Positions 38,891 through 48,019 of a stretch of DNA of 64,000 nt are shown here, one piece after another. The DNA is from Candidatus Hydrogenedentota bacterium (GTDB lineage Bacteria > Hydrogenedentota > Hydrogenedentia > Hydrogenedentales > SLHB01). The notes below the pieces were generated by a model, which did no database searches, had not been told where the DNA came from, and was given only the letters and a program-made list of their open reading frames with translations. Positions within the stretch are counted from its first letter, which is position 1, and the number at the start of each line of letters is the position of its first letter. Where the stretch lies: assembly GCA_963668025.2 (NCBI GenBank), contig CAXXTH010000021.1:1-64000 (forward strand), read 5' to 3'. The translations under genes and the position numbers were made by a program.

Positions 38891-38938
38891 ATAGTAGCAG
38901 GCGTCCACAACCGATTTGGCTATTTCACTTTCGGTCAT
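38891..38938 (-). pseudogene. 5' remnant of GxxExxY copy 3
   Basis: Encodes MTESEIAKSVVDACYY, nearly identical to the copy 2 N-terminus. Confidence 0.85.
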
Positions 38939-38962
38939 GATTTCTCGCCCAGCGGCTTTTTT

Positions 38963-39031
38963 ATCCCGAGCAAAGATGCGAAGGCGCAAAGAAGACTCGT
39001 CATACCCCCCCTTTTTGCGGCTTTGCGTGAA
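38963..39031. repeat. Degenerate GCGCAAAG palindrome, copy 5
   Basis: ...GCAAAGATGCGAAGGCGCAAAG-AAGACTCGTCATACCCCCC-CTTTTTGCGGCTTTGCGTGA; the loop is recognisably the same. Confidence 0.8.
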
Positions 39032-39231
39032 ACAAAAACAACTGGTAAAACCGCTTCCCATAGCATGGCGGAGAGAGCCACACAACGGGAAGCATGAAAA
39101 AACGCATGTCGTACCATTCATCCTTTTTTTCGATACGCTTGCCCTCTATTCCGGCTCTTTGAATTGTATCTCGCATCTGGAAGCCCGATCATGATAAAAT
39201 CATTCTTCCACCCGGGCCGGAGTATTTTCAA

Positions 39232-40065
39232 ATGAAGGAATTAAGGGCATTAGTGTATGAAGCGCTGGCTGAAGATATCGGCCAGGGCGATGTGACGACG
39301 GAAGCGATTATCCCATCGGATTCGCGCTGCCAAGCTTGGCTGATCGCCAAGCAAGACGGCGTATTGAGCGGGATGAAGGTGTTCCGCCTGGTTTTCGAGC
39401 TTCTCGATGCGGCGATTCGCGACTGGGAAGCGCTGTCTGACGGGGCATCTTTTACCAAGGGTCAGAAAATCGTAGGATTCGAGGGGAAGACGCGCGCCGT
39501 TCTTACAGGCGAGCGCCTTGCGTTGAATTTCGCGCAGCACTTGTCTGGTGTCGCGACTACGGCCGCCCAATACATGAAGGCTATTGAAGGATTGCCTGTC
39601 CGGGTATGCGATACGCGTAAAACCATGCCTTTGATGCGTAAACTCGAGAAGGACGCCGTCCGACATGGCGGCGCGACGAACCACCGGTATGCGCTGTTTG
39701 ATGGCGTGCTCATTAAGGAAAACCATATCACGGCGGCAGGCGGCATCAGGCCCGCCCTCGAGCGCGCGATTAATGGCACGCATCATTTGATGAAAGTCGG
39801 CATCGAGGTCACCAACCTGGCTGAATTCCGTGAAGCGGTGGATGCGGAAGCGGACGCCATTCTCTTGGACAATATGAGCCTGGAAGATATGCATGCGGCG
39901 GCCGAAATGGTCAAAGGCCGCAAAATTATCCTCGAGGCGAGCGGCAATGTCACTCTCGGAAATGTGCGCGCGGTGGCGGAGACAGGCGTCCATCTCATTT
40001 CCATCGGTGCGCTGACCCATTCGGCCCCTGCGGTCGATTTCTCTTTGATGATTCGGAATGCCTGA
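39232..40065 (+). CDS. nadC: Nicotinate-nucleotide pyrophosphorylase (carboxylating)
   Basis: LAEDIGQGDVTT, GERLALN, DTRKT, LIKENH, ILLDN, EASGNV, SIGALTHS. Confidence 0.97.
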   Translation: MKELRALVYEALAEDIGQGDVTTEAIIPSDSRCQAWLIAKQDGVLSGMKVFRLVFELLDAAIRDWEALSDGASFTKGQKIVGFEGKTRAVLTGERLALNFAQHLSGVATTAAQYMKAIEGLPVRVCDTRKTMPLMRKLEKDAVRHGGATNHRYALFDGVLIKENHITAAGGIRPALERAINGTHHLMKVGIEVTNLAEFREAVDAEADAILLDNMSLEDMHAAAEMVKGRKIILEASGNVTLGNVRAVAETGVHLISIGALTHSAPAVDFSLMIRNA

Positions 40066-40813
40066 GCCCATTCTGCACGATACGCTCAATCCGGCCCCCT
40101 TGGCCACCGCCATAGCCGGTTCGCGCGTGTTAGTGTATGATACGGTTGATTCGACCAACGAATGCGCGTTGCGCATCGGCGGCGATGGAACGGCCATTGT
40201 CGCGGAACGGCAGACGGCGGGCCGGGGCCGGCGCGGGCGTTCATGGGAAAGCGCGGCAGGGCTGGGTTTGTGGTTCAGTGTCGCCTTCGAGCTGCCCACG
40301 GAAGGCTTGCCCTTTGGAGCGCCCTTGGCGGTATGCGCCGCCCTTCGGGGACTGCTGGCGGGCACGGACCTTGCCCCTCGAGTCAAATGGCCCAATGATG
40401 TGCTGTTGAATGGTAAAAAAATCTGCGGCATGCTCGTGGAGACCCGCCAAGGCCGGATTGCCTTGGGCATCGGGATCAATGTCCATCATGCGAAAGAGGA
40501 TTTCCCGGTAGGCTTGCGGGAGGTGGCGACTTCCCTTGCCATCGAGGCGGGCCAGCATTTCGTACGGGGTGCGGTGCTCCGCGCGGTGTTAGGCGAGTTG
40601 GACAAGCGGGTGGCGGTGCTTCGCGCGGGCGGCGTCAGCGCCATTTGGCGCGAGTGGGCGGATGCTTGCGGTATGAAAGGGCGGCTGGTGCGCTGTGACG
40701 AGATGCAAGGCCGTGTCGCGGCTATCGAGGAAAGCGGGGCCTTGCTGCTAGAAACCGCGCAAGGAATGCGGCCCGTGCCATTCGGCGCGTCAGTGGAAGT
40801 ATTGGAAACATAA
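40058..40813 (+). CDS. birA: Biotin--acetyl-CoA-carboxylase ligase (no HTH)
   Basis: DSTN, QTAGRGRRGRSW, KWPND, KKICG, GIGINV. Confidence 0.95.
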   Translation: MPEPILHDTLNPAPLATAIAGSRVLVYDTVDSTNECALRIGGDGTAIVAERQTAGRGRRGRSWESAAGLGLWFSVAFELPTEGLPFGAPLAVCAALRGLLAGTDLAPRVKWPNDVLLNGKKICGMLVETRQGRIALGIGINVHHAKEDFPVGLREVATSLAIEAGQHFVRGAVLRAVLGELDKRVAVLRAGGVSAIWREWADACGMKGRLVRCDEMQGRVAAIEESGALLLETAQGMRPVPFGASVEVLET

Positions 40814-40868
40814 TATGCCGGGAAGCGCGTTTGGTGGCGGCGCTTCTAATGAATAGGGAGTATGGGCG

Positions 40869-41645
40869 ATGTTGCTGGTGATGGATGTGGGCAATTCGCA
40901 CACCGTGCTGGGCCTGTATGAAGGCGAGGCCATCCTGGGCCATTGGCGCATCGTCACGAGCAGCCACCGTACATCCGACGAATTGCGCATCTTGCTGCTG
41001 GGCCTCATGCAGCAGGAGAACATTGAACGGACGCGCATTCGCGGCTGCTGCATTTCCAGCGTCGTGCCTGCGTTTAATCAAGCCATCGAACAAGCCTCCC
41101 ACGACGCCTTTGGCATCGAACCGCTATTCATCGGGCCAGGTGTGAAAACAGGCCTTGTCATTCAAGTGGAAAATCCCAAAGAAGTAGGCGCGGACCGTAT
41201 CGCCAATGCCGTGGGGGCCATGGCGGCATATTCCGGCGCGCTGATCGTCGTCGATTTCGGTACGGCCACCACGTTTGACGCCATCACATCGAGAGGCGAG
41301 TTTCGCGGCGGGGTCATCGTCCCGGGCGTGCAAATTTCCGCCGATGCGCTCTTCGAGCGCTGCGCCAAACTGCCCCACGTGGATATTTGCGCGCCGCCGC
41401 AGGTGATCGGCCGCGACACCATCTCGAATATCCGCTCGGGCCTGACCTATGGCTACGCCGACTTGGTGGACGGCCTTATCGCGCGTATCGCGGATGAAAT
41501 GGGCGAACCCACGACGGTTGTCGCCACCGGTGGTTTATCGGAGTTGATCGCGAAGATCGCCAAGCGGATCGAACACTTGGATCCGCTCTTGACTCTGACC
41601 GGTTTGAAACTTATTTTTGAGAGAAACATGAAGGAACGCGCATGA
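40869..41645 (+). CDS. coaX: Type III pantothenate kinase
   Basis: DVGNS, EVGADR, VDFGTATTFD, GGVIVPG, ATGG. Confidence 0.96.
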   Translation: MLLVMDVGNSHTVLGLYEGEAILGHWRIVTSSHRTSDELRILLLGLMQQENIERTRIRGCCISSVVPAFNQAIEQASHDAFGIEPLFIGPGVKTGLVIQVENPKEVGADRIANAVGAMAAYSGALIVVDFGTATTFDAITSRGEFRGGVIVPGVQISADALFERCAKLPHVDICAPPQVIGRDTISNIRSGLTYGYADLVDGLIARIADEMGEPTTVVATGGLSELIAKIAKRIEHLDPLLTLTGLKLIFERNMKERA

Positions 41646-44173
41646 AGCGCTGGATGGCCATAGCGGCGCTGTTGGCGGCGGCATGCTGGACGGGATGCAG
41701 TCCCGCGCCCACGAACGCGCCTGCCCCCGTGGAGCCGGAAACAGCCCCCGCGTCGGCGGAAAGTGCCTCTCCCGCCGCCCCGGAACCCCCCAAAGATGCG
41801 TTCTCCGCCACGGGCGGCATCGAGCTGGCGTTCTATGATGACCGCCCCACGGCGGGTGAAGCGCCGAAAACCTTCACCATTGCGGCCCCGAATGTCGCGT
41901 TTGATTCCAAAGGCATGGCTTCGTTCAAGAAAGCCGAAGCGGTTCTGTATGGACGCGATGGGGCGGAATTCCACCTAAGCGCTGGGGCGGGGGAATTCGA
42001 CAAAGTTACCGGCCAGGCGAAGCTTGCGGAAGGCGTTGTCATGTCCTCCGGCGCGTTGAAAATCGAACTGCAAGACGTGGTTTGGGATAATACGCAGCGC
42101 CAGGCGCGCTCGGATAACCCCGTGGTGATCACCATGGGCGCGACGCGGTTGCAAGCGGCGATATTCTGTTTCACCCCTGAAGGGCAATTGCTCGATATCT
42201 CCGGTGTCGAGGGCGTTGTCGATCTGGCTGGCATGGAAGCGGTTGGCGCGGGGAAAGCGGCGGACGCGGCCAGCGAGACGCCGCCCGAGCCAGATAAAAA
42301 GCCGGAGCCGGAGCCGGAACAAAAAACGCCAGCGCTTTCGCCAGAAGAAGCGCAGAAAGCATTCGCCAATGCAAAATTTAGCCGCATGGTGTTGTCCAAA
42401 GCGCCGGAACTGCGCATGGCGGCCATGCGCCTCGAATACATCCGTGGCGGAGTGTCTATCCAATTGGCCTCCGAGGAGTCCGGCGTTGAACCCGTCAGCA
42501 TAGAAGCGAAAGATGTCGCGTTTGATTATGCGCAGAATGCCGGAGCGTCCATGCCCGCCTTGGTGCGGCTCGATGGCGGCGTGAAGGTCAATGGCCCTAC
42601 TGGGGCTATCGAATCGGCGAAGGCGGAGCTGGATTTGCAGGCAAAGCGCTTCCGGTTCGAAGGCGGCGTGTCGGGCGCATCACCCGGCGTCGAGTCGTTT
42701 CGCGCCTCCAACCTCACGTACCAGCCGGGCCGTGTGGCGCTCGATGGCGGCGTGGACCTGAAGAGCGGCGAAATGGCGGTTCAGGCGTCCGCCGTGGCGC
42801 TCGATGGAGAAAAAGACGTGTTGTCGGCCACGGGCAAAGTGCGCATTGACAGCCCGCAAGGGCTGGTTCTCGCGGGAGAAGCCGAACGGGATGGAAAGCA
42901 GCGCGCCATGACTTTCAAGGGCGGCGTGTCGCTGGATGGCCCCGAGGGCAAGGTCAGTGCTGGTTCCGCCCTTATTGATGACGCCAGCGGCACGATGACC
43001 TTCACGGGAAACGTGCAAGGCAGCATGGGCGAGATTAAGGATTTCCGCGCTTCGCGCATTGTGCGCAACACCAAGACGGGCGATGCGGATATCACGGATT
43101 TGACTGTGCGTGAAATGGCGCTGGGTAGCGGCGACCCCGCCCAATCTCCCGGCGGCATGAGTTTCAACAAAATTTCCATCGAGAAGGCCCCGAAGGTTTC
43201 CGTCAAATCGGGCAGCGTCGAACGCATCATGGGCGGCGTGGATTTTAGCCTGCAATCCGCGAAACCCGGCGAAGCGCCCATGCATGTCTTGGCGGACCAA
43301 GCGGAATTTCTATATACCACCCAAGGCGGGAAAATGCCGGACAAGGTGGTCCTTACTGGCAATGTGCTTGTCGATGGCCCCATGGGGAGCATCCACTCGA
43401 AAAAGGGCGAACTCGAGACGGCCTCGAAGCGTTTCGTGTTTTCGGGGAACGTCGCCGGTTCGGCGGGGCCCGTGGGCGATTTTAAGGCCGATACCCTCAC
43501 ATACGATACCGCGCAAGCCGTTCTCGATGGGCATGTGGATGTGGCGCATCCGGATGGCCATATTCGGGCGGACAAAGGCGTGTTGAACACCACGACCGGG
43601 GATCTGGAGTTTTCGGGGAATCTGAAAGCCGATACGCCGCAAGCCCAGGGCGTATCCGCCAGCAGGCTGGTGTATAACCAAAAAACGAAAGCGTTCACGC
43701 TGTATGAGTCCCAAACGCAGACCGTGCAGCTCGAACGTAAGAAGCCGCTCGATTCGCCGGAGCTCCGAACGGCGGATGTCCGGGATTGGCCTGGCTGGCT
43801 GGCGAAAATGCGCGGACAAGCCGCTCAGGACGCCCCCTCGCCCGGCAAACGGCTCATGTCTCTTTTGCCTCCCGATTTTGCCGCCGCATTGGGGCGTTTG
43901 TCCGCGGGAAAAACGCCGAACGGCAGTGTGCAGGGCGAAATCACGAAGGCAGTAAACGCCATATTGGCGCAACGTGATTTTTACGACGCGCCGTCCTGGC
44001 AGGGCATGGGGCTCGAACCGGAGGCGCAGGAATTGCTGGCCAAAGATAGGGCTTCCTTATCTAGCAAAGACATTCTCCGGCTGAATCGGCTGCTCTTGGA
44101 GGCGGCGTATCCAGCGGAACTCACACGGGCCTCACAGAGGCCCCCCGAAGCGGGTGCGGAAGAACATGGATGA
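41642..44173 (+). CDS. Large lipoprotein: LptC-like N-domain, repeated LptA/OstA-like beta-jellyroll segments and a helical C-domain
   Basis: Lipobox-like LLAAACWTGC; LptC-like 'SDNPVVI' region; many 'L.G.V.....G.I.A' strands; overlaps lptB. Confidence 0.7.
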   Translation: MKRWMAIAALLAAACWTGCSPAPTNAPAPVEPETAPASAESASPAAPEPPKDAFSATGGIELAFYDDRPTAGEAPKTFTIAAPNVAFDSKGMASFKKAEAVLYGRDGAEFHLSAGAGEFDKVTGQAKLAEGVVMSSGALKIELQDVVWDNTQRQARSDNPVVITMGATRLQAAIFCFTPEGQLLDISGVEGVVDLAGMEAVGAGKAADAASETPPEPDKKPEPEPEQKTPALSPEEAQKAFANAKFSRMVLSKAPELRMAAMRLEYIRGGVSIQLASEESGVEPVSIEAKDVAFDYAQNAGASMPALVRLDGGVKVNGPTGAIESAKAELDLQAKRFRFEGGVSGASPGVESFRASNLTYQPGRVALDGGVDLKSGEMAVQASAVALDGEKDVLSATGKVRIDSPQGLVLAGEAERDGKQRAMTFKGGVSLDGPEGKVSAGSALIDDASGTMTFTGNVQGSMGEIKDFRASRIVRNTKTGDADITDLTVREMALGSGDPAQSPGGMSFNKISIEKAPKVSVKSGSVERIMGGVDFSLQSAKPGEAPMHVLADQAEFLYTTQGGKMPDKVVLTGNVLVDGPMGSIHSKKGELETASKRFVFSGNVAGSAGPVGDFKADTLTYDTAQAVLDGHVDVAHPDGHIRADKGVLNTTTGDLEFSGNLKADTPQAQGVSASRLVYNQKTKAFTLYESQTQTVQLERKKPLDSPELRTADVRDWPGWLAKMRGQAAQDAPSPGKRLMSLLPPDFAAALGRLSAGKTPNGSVQGEITKAVNAILAQRDFYDAPSWQGMGLEPEAQELLAKDRASLSSKDILRLNRLLLEAAYPAELTRASQRPPEAGAEEHG

Positions 44174-44984
44174 ACTGCCTACCATAACCGGCAATGAAGA
44201 GCGGGCGGCATTGCTCGCGCGCGGCGTCCGTGAAACGGAAGGCCCGCCATTGCTGCGTATTGATAACGTGATCAAGCAATTCAAGCGCCGGGTCGTAGTG
44301 AACGAAGTGACGGTCGAACTGCGTGCGGGCGAGATCGTGGGATTGCTCGGGCCGAATGGCGCAGGCAAAACGACCACATTCCGCATAGCCGTAGGCATGT
44401 TGCGGCCTACGAGCGGCATTGTGTGGTTCGATGGGCGCGATATCACGCATTTGCCCATGTATAAACGGGCGCGGGCGGGCATCGCGTATCTGCCGCAAGA
44501 ACCGTCCGTATTCCGCAAGCTCACCGTACGCCAGAATCTTCTTGCCGTGCTCGAATATTTGCCCATGTCGCGGCAAGCGCGCCGCGACCGGGCCAGCGCC
44601 TTACTCGAAGAGTTCGGCATTCAGCATGTAGCCGAAAGCCCAGCCTATACCCTCTCGGGCGGTGAACGCCGCCGCACCGAGATCTGCCGCGCCCTAGTGA
44701 CCGATCCAAAGGCGTTCTTGCTCGATGAGCCTTTCGCGGGCATTGATCCCATCGCCGTGGCGGATTTGCAAGATATGGTGGCCTCGCTCAAAGACAGGGG
44801 CATTGGCGTCTTGGTGACGGACCACAATGTGCGCGAGACCCTCGCCATCACGGACCGCGCGTATATTTTAAGCGAAGGGAAAGTGGTCGTAGCGGGCACG
44901 CCCCGGGAGATCGCGGAAAATCCCATCGCCAAACGGACCTACCTAGGCGAGAAGTTTCGCATGGATTTCGATGAGGCGTCCTAG
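44166..44984 (+). CDS. lptB: LPS export ABC transporter ATP-binding protein
   Basis: GEIVGLLGPNGAGKTT, YLPQEPSVFRKL, LSGGERRR.EI, LDEPFAGIDP, TDHNVRETL. Confidence 0.96.
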   Translation: MDELPTITGNEERAALLARGVRETEGPPLLRIDNVIKQFKRRVVVNEVTVELRAGEIVGLLGPNGAGKTTTFRIAVGMLRPTSGIVWFDGRDITHLPMYKRARAGIAYLPQEPSVFRKLTVRQNLLAVLEYLPMSRQARRDRASALLEEFGIQHVAESPAYTLSGGERRRTEICRALVTDPKAFLLDEPFAGIDPIAVADLQDMVASLKDRGIGVLVTDHNVRETLAITDRAYILSEGKVVVAGTPREIAENPIAKRTYLGEKFRMDFDEAS

Positions 44985-45081
44985 ATGATCGGGCAGAGCG
45001 GACCGATCCGTCGGAGCTTCGATCATCCATTGCGCAAAACCGCCTATATTTTGAAGCTGTTTCCGTGCGTTGTCTTGGTTC

Positions 45082-45110
45082 TTGACACCCCGTTAGGCAT
45101 ATGCTATCAT
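45082..45110 (+). promoter_or_regulatory. Sigma70 promoter of tRNA cluster
   Basis: TTGACA-17 nt-TATCAT with a TG extension. Confidence 0.7.
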
Positions 45111-45123
45111 CCGCACTCGCTGA

Positions 45124-45198
<75 letters not shown>

Positions 45199-45251
45199 TT
45201 TTTTTGTTTTAGACGGCTTTGAGGCAGAATTTGTCAAAAGCCTGGGACATG

Positions 45252-45327
45252 GGGCGGCTAGCTCAGGTGGTAGAGCAGGGGACTCTTAATCCCAAGGTCG
45301 GGGGTTCGAATCCCTCGCCGCCCACCA
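45252..45327 (+). tRNA. tRNA-Lys(CTT)
   Basis: GGGCGGC acceptor stem, CTCTTAA anticodon loop, GGTTCGAATCC, CCA end. Confidence 0.96.
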
Positions 45328-45439
45328 GTTTTGTTCGTATTTCCGGCAAGGCCGGTGAACGGCCGGGCGGAAGCCTATTTCACGGAGCCAGGCTCCGCCC
45401 GCACCCGCATCAGCCAATACTCCGATTCTGAACCAAGCC

Positions 45440-45524
45440 GGGCGAGTGGCGGAATTGGCAGACGCGCTGGACTTAGGATCCAGTATCGCAAGGTGTGCGG
45501 GTTCGAGTCCCGCCTCGCCCACCA
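45440..45524 (+). tRNA. tRNA-Leu(TAG)
   Basis: GGGCGAG acceptor stem, CTGGA-CTTAGGA-TCCAG anticodon arm, long variable arm, CCA end. Confidence 0.96.
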
Positions 45525-45600
45525 AAAGATTTCGATGGCGGCTGCGTATGTGTGGAAAGCCGCCAAGCTGAGGCCAACCTAATCGAAAGAGATGCTAGCG

Positions 45601-47082
45601 ATGGCTGACAACGAAAACAACGAAGCAACCGCCAATGGCGCCGCCGCAACCGATGCGGCCAATCACAAACATGAGCATGGCCATGGCCATGCGCATGGCC
45701 ACGAGCACGAAGAAGAAAAAGAAGTCTTCGTCGAGGCTCCTGTGTTCAATATCGAGTACAAGGGTGAATGCGCCTATGAAGTAGGCGTCACCATTGCCGC
45801 TACGAACAAACAAAAGCAATCGGATGAACTCATCAATGAGTTGAAAGATGAAGCCGAAGTGCCGGGATTCCGCAGAGGCCGCGCCCCGCGCAAGCTCATC
45901 GAACGCAAGTTCGCCCATGCCGTCCGCAGTGAAGTGGAGAATAAGCTCGTCAGCGCCGCGTTCCGCAAGCTGGTTAAAGACGAAAAACTCCACCCTATCG
46001 CCATGCCCGATATTGATGGCCTCGAGGCCGACAAAGAACGCAAGCAAGAAGATCCGCTCGTGTTCACCTTCAAGTTCGAAGTCTCGCCCCGAGTCGAGCT
46101 CGGCAAATACCGCGGCATCGAAGTGGAGCGTCCGGTCTTGGAAGTGGATGAAAGCGAAATAGACGCCCGCATCGAAGAGCTTCGCGCCCGGCATGCGGTC
46201 TTCGATACGCTGGAAGGCGGCATCGCCGCCGATGGCGATCAAGTCGTGATCGACTTTACAGGCAAAATCAATGGCGAGGAATTCCAAGGCGGTTCCGCCA
46301 AGAGCTATCCGTACATTCTCGGAACGGGCCGCCTTATGCCCGAGTTCGAGAAGGTGTTGCTGGGCAGTTCTCCTGGCGATGAACTCTCTTGCGAAGTGAC
46401 ATTCCCTGGCGATTATTTCGCGGAGCAGTTGCGCGGCAAGCAAGCTGCTTTCTCCATTTCAGTGAAAGAAGTCAAGCGCCGCACCTTGCCGGAATTGGAT
46501 GATAAATTCGCCAAAGAAGCGGGATATGAAGACGCCGCCGATATGCGCGTAAAGATCGCCGAAGCCATGCGCAAATCGGCGGATGACTTTGGCAAGCAGA
46601 TCGCCGAAGAACGCGCCATGAATGCCATCATCGAGGACAGCACCTTCGAAATCCCGAAGAGCCTTATCAAGTCTTCCACCGATGAATACTATCGTAACGC
46701 CATCCGGCGCATGCTGCATGCCCGCGTGCCCATGGAGCAGATCCGCGCTCAAGAAGCAGAGCTGCTTAAAGAATCCGAGGCGGACGCCATTCGTGACATT
46801 AAGCGGGTGGTCGCGCTAAGTGAAATCAGTGAAGCGGAAGGCATCGAAGTCACCGATGAAGACTTCGAGCAAGAAATGTTGTCTTCAGCCCAGCGCATGG
46901 GCGTTGATATGAATGTGCTTGGCAACTATATCAACGAGGATGAAGAGCGCCGTAACACCTACGAAGACCGTATTCACCGGGCTAAGGCGATGAAGCTGAT
47001 CCTGGACAACGCGGTGATTACCGAAAAGAAGGTATCGCGCGAGGAACTCGAGAAGGACGCCGAGGCGGAAAGCAAGGACTGA
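45601..47082 (+). CDS. tig: Trigger factor with His-rich N-terminal extension
   Basis: [10 protein letters not shown] signature; FKBP domain ([20 protein letters not shown]); located between tRNA-Leu and clpP. Confidence 0.95.
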   Translation: MADNENNEATANGAAATDAANHKHEHGHGHAHGHEHEEEKEVFVEAPVFNIEYKGECAYEVGVTIAATNKQKQSDELINELKDEAEVPGFRRGRAPRKLIERKFAHAVRSEVENKLVSAAFRKLVKDEKLHPIAMPDIDGLEADKERKQEDPLVFTFKFEVSPRVELGKYRGIEVERPVLEVDESEIDARIEELRARHAVFDTLEGGIAADGDQVVIDFTGKINGEEFQGGSAKSYPYILGTGRLMPEFEKVLLGSSPGDELSCEVTFPGDYFAEQLRGKQAAFSISVKEVKRRTLPELDDKFAKEAGYEDAADMRVKIAEAMRKSADDFGKQIAEERAMNAIIEDSTFEIPKSLIKSSTDEYYRNAIRRMLHARVPMEQIRAQEAELLKESEADAIRDIKRVVALSEISEAEGIEVTDEDFEQEMLSSAQRMGVDMNVLGNYINEDEERRNTYEDRIHRAKAMKLILDNAVITEKKVSREELEKDAEAESKD

Positions 47083-47086
47083 GCCC

Positions 47087-47674
47087 GTGGTAACCATATA
47101 CGAGCAGACCAGCCGGGGCGAACGCCCCTATGATATATACTCGAGGCTCCTGAGCGATCGGATTGTCTTCCTGGGCATGCCCATTGATGACATGGTGGCG
47201 AATTACACCATCGCCCAGCTCTTGTACCTCGAATCGGAAGATCCCGATAAAGATATCCATTTGTACATTAACACCCCCGGCGGCAGTGTCACCGCCGGGC
47301 TGGCTATTTATGACACGATGCAGTTCATCAAGCCCGATGTCGCCACGTTATGCGTTGGCCAAGCAGCCAGCATGGGCGCGGTGCTCATGAGCGCGGGGGC
47401 CAAAGGCAAACGTTATGCTTTGCCCTATTCCCGCTTTCTCCTCCACCAGCTCGCCACTGGCGGGCTTCATGGCCCAGCTTCGGATATCGACATCCAAGCC
47501 CGGGAAATTGTGCGCATAGGGGATATTATTGACGAGATACTCGTCCGCCATACCGGCCAGTCACTTGAAGTGCTTCGCCGGGATAGCGACCGGGACTTTT
47601 TTATGGATGCGCATGAAGCGCTGGAATATGGGCTAGTGGACGAAATACTCCACCGGCAGCAGATGGTTAAATAA
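47087..47674 (+). CDS. clpP: ATP-dependent Clp protease proteolytic subunit
   Basis: [27 protein letters not shown] triad. Confidence 0.97.
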   Translation: MVTIYEQTSRGERPYDIYSRLLSDRIVFLGMPIDDMVANYTIAQLLYLESEDPDKDIHLYINTPGGSVTAGLAIYDTMQFIKPDVATLCVGQAASMGAVLMSAGAKGKRYALPYSRFLLHQLATGGLHGPASDIDIQAREIVRIGDIIDEILVRHTGQSLEVLRRDSDRDFFMDAHEALEYGLVDEILHRQQMVK

Positions 47675-47958
47675 CGGAAAAAGAATTACTTAGTTAAGCG
47701 GGCATACGTATTCTGGCTCCAGCGCGAAACGCTGGCGGGAACCTGCCGCTTCAAAAATGGCATCAACAACAGGTGAGTGGCGTGGCTGTCATGTAGCTCA
47801 CCGCGCTCCATGGTTTATTCCAGTGTGGTGCAGTTGAATAGGCCTCACATGTGGCGAAAAACCACTTTTATTTGCCGGAAAAGCGGGATGCCGTGGTATA
47901 ATAACACCGGTGCGTGCATGGTGCGGTTTACACCGTCTTGGGCGGAAAAAGTAAACTA

Positions 47959-47987
47959 TTGACAAACCGCGCGACAAATGATATAAC
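47959..47987 (+). promoter_or_regulatory. Sigma70 promoter of clpX
   Basis: TTGACA-17 nt-TATAAC with a TG extension. Confidence 0.6.
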
Positions 47988-48019
47988 GCTCACTGGCAGT
48001 TTACCGAAGGGAGGTTTAG

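Noticed and set aside
32152-39031. CRISPR array or classical integron
   Set aside because: Repeats are 74 bp and separated by 0.4-3 kb of genes. There are no cas genes, no tyrosine integrase, and no clear RYYYAAC/GTTRRRY attC ends.
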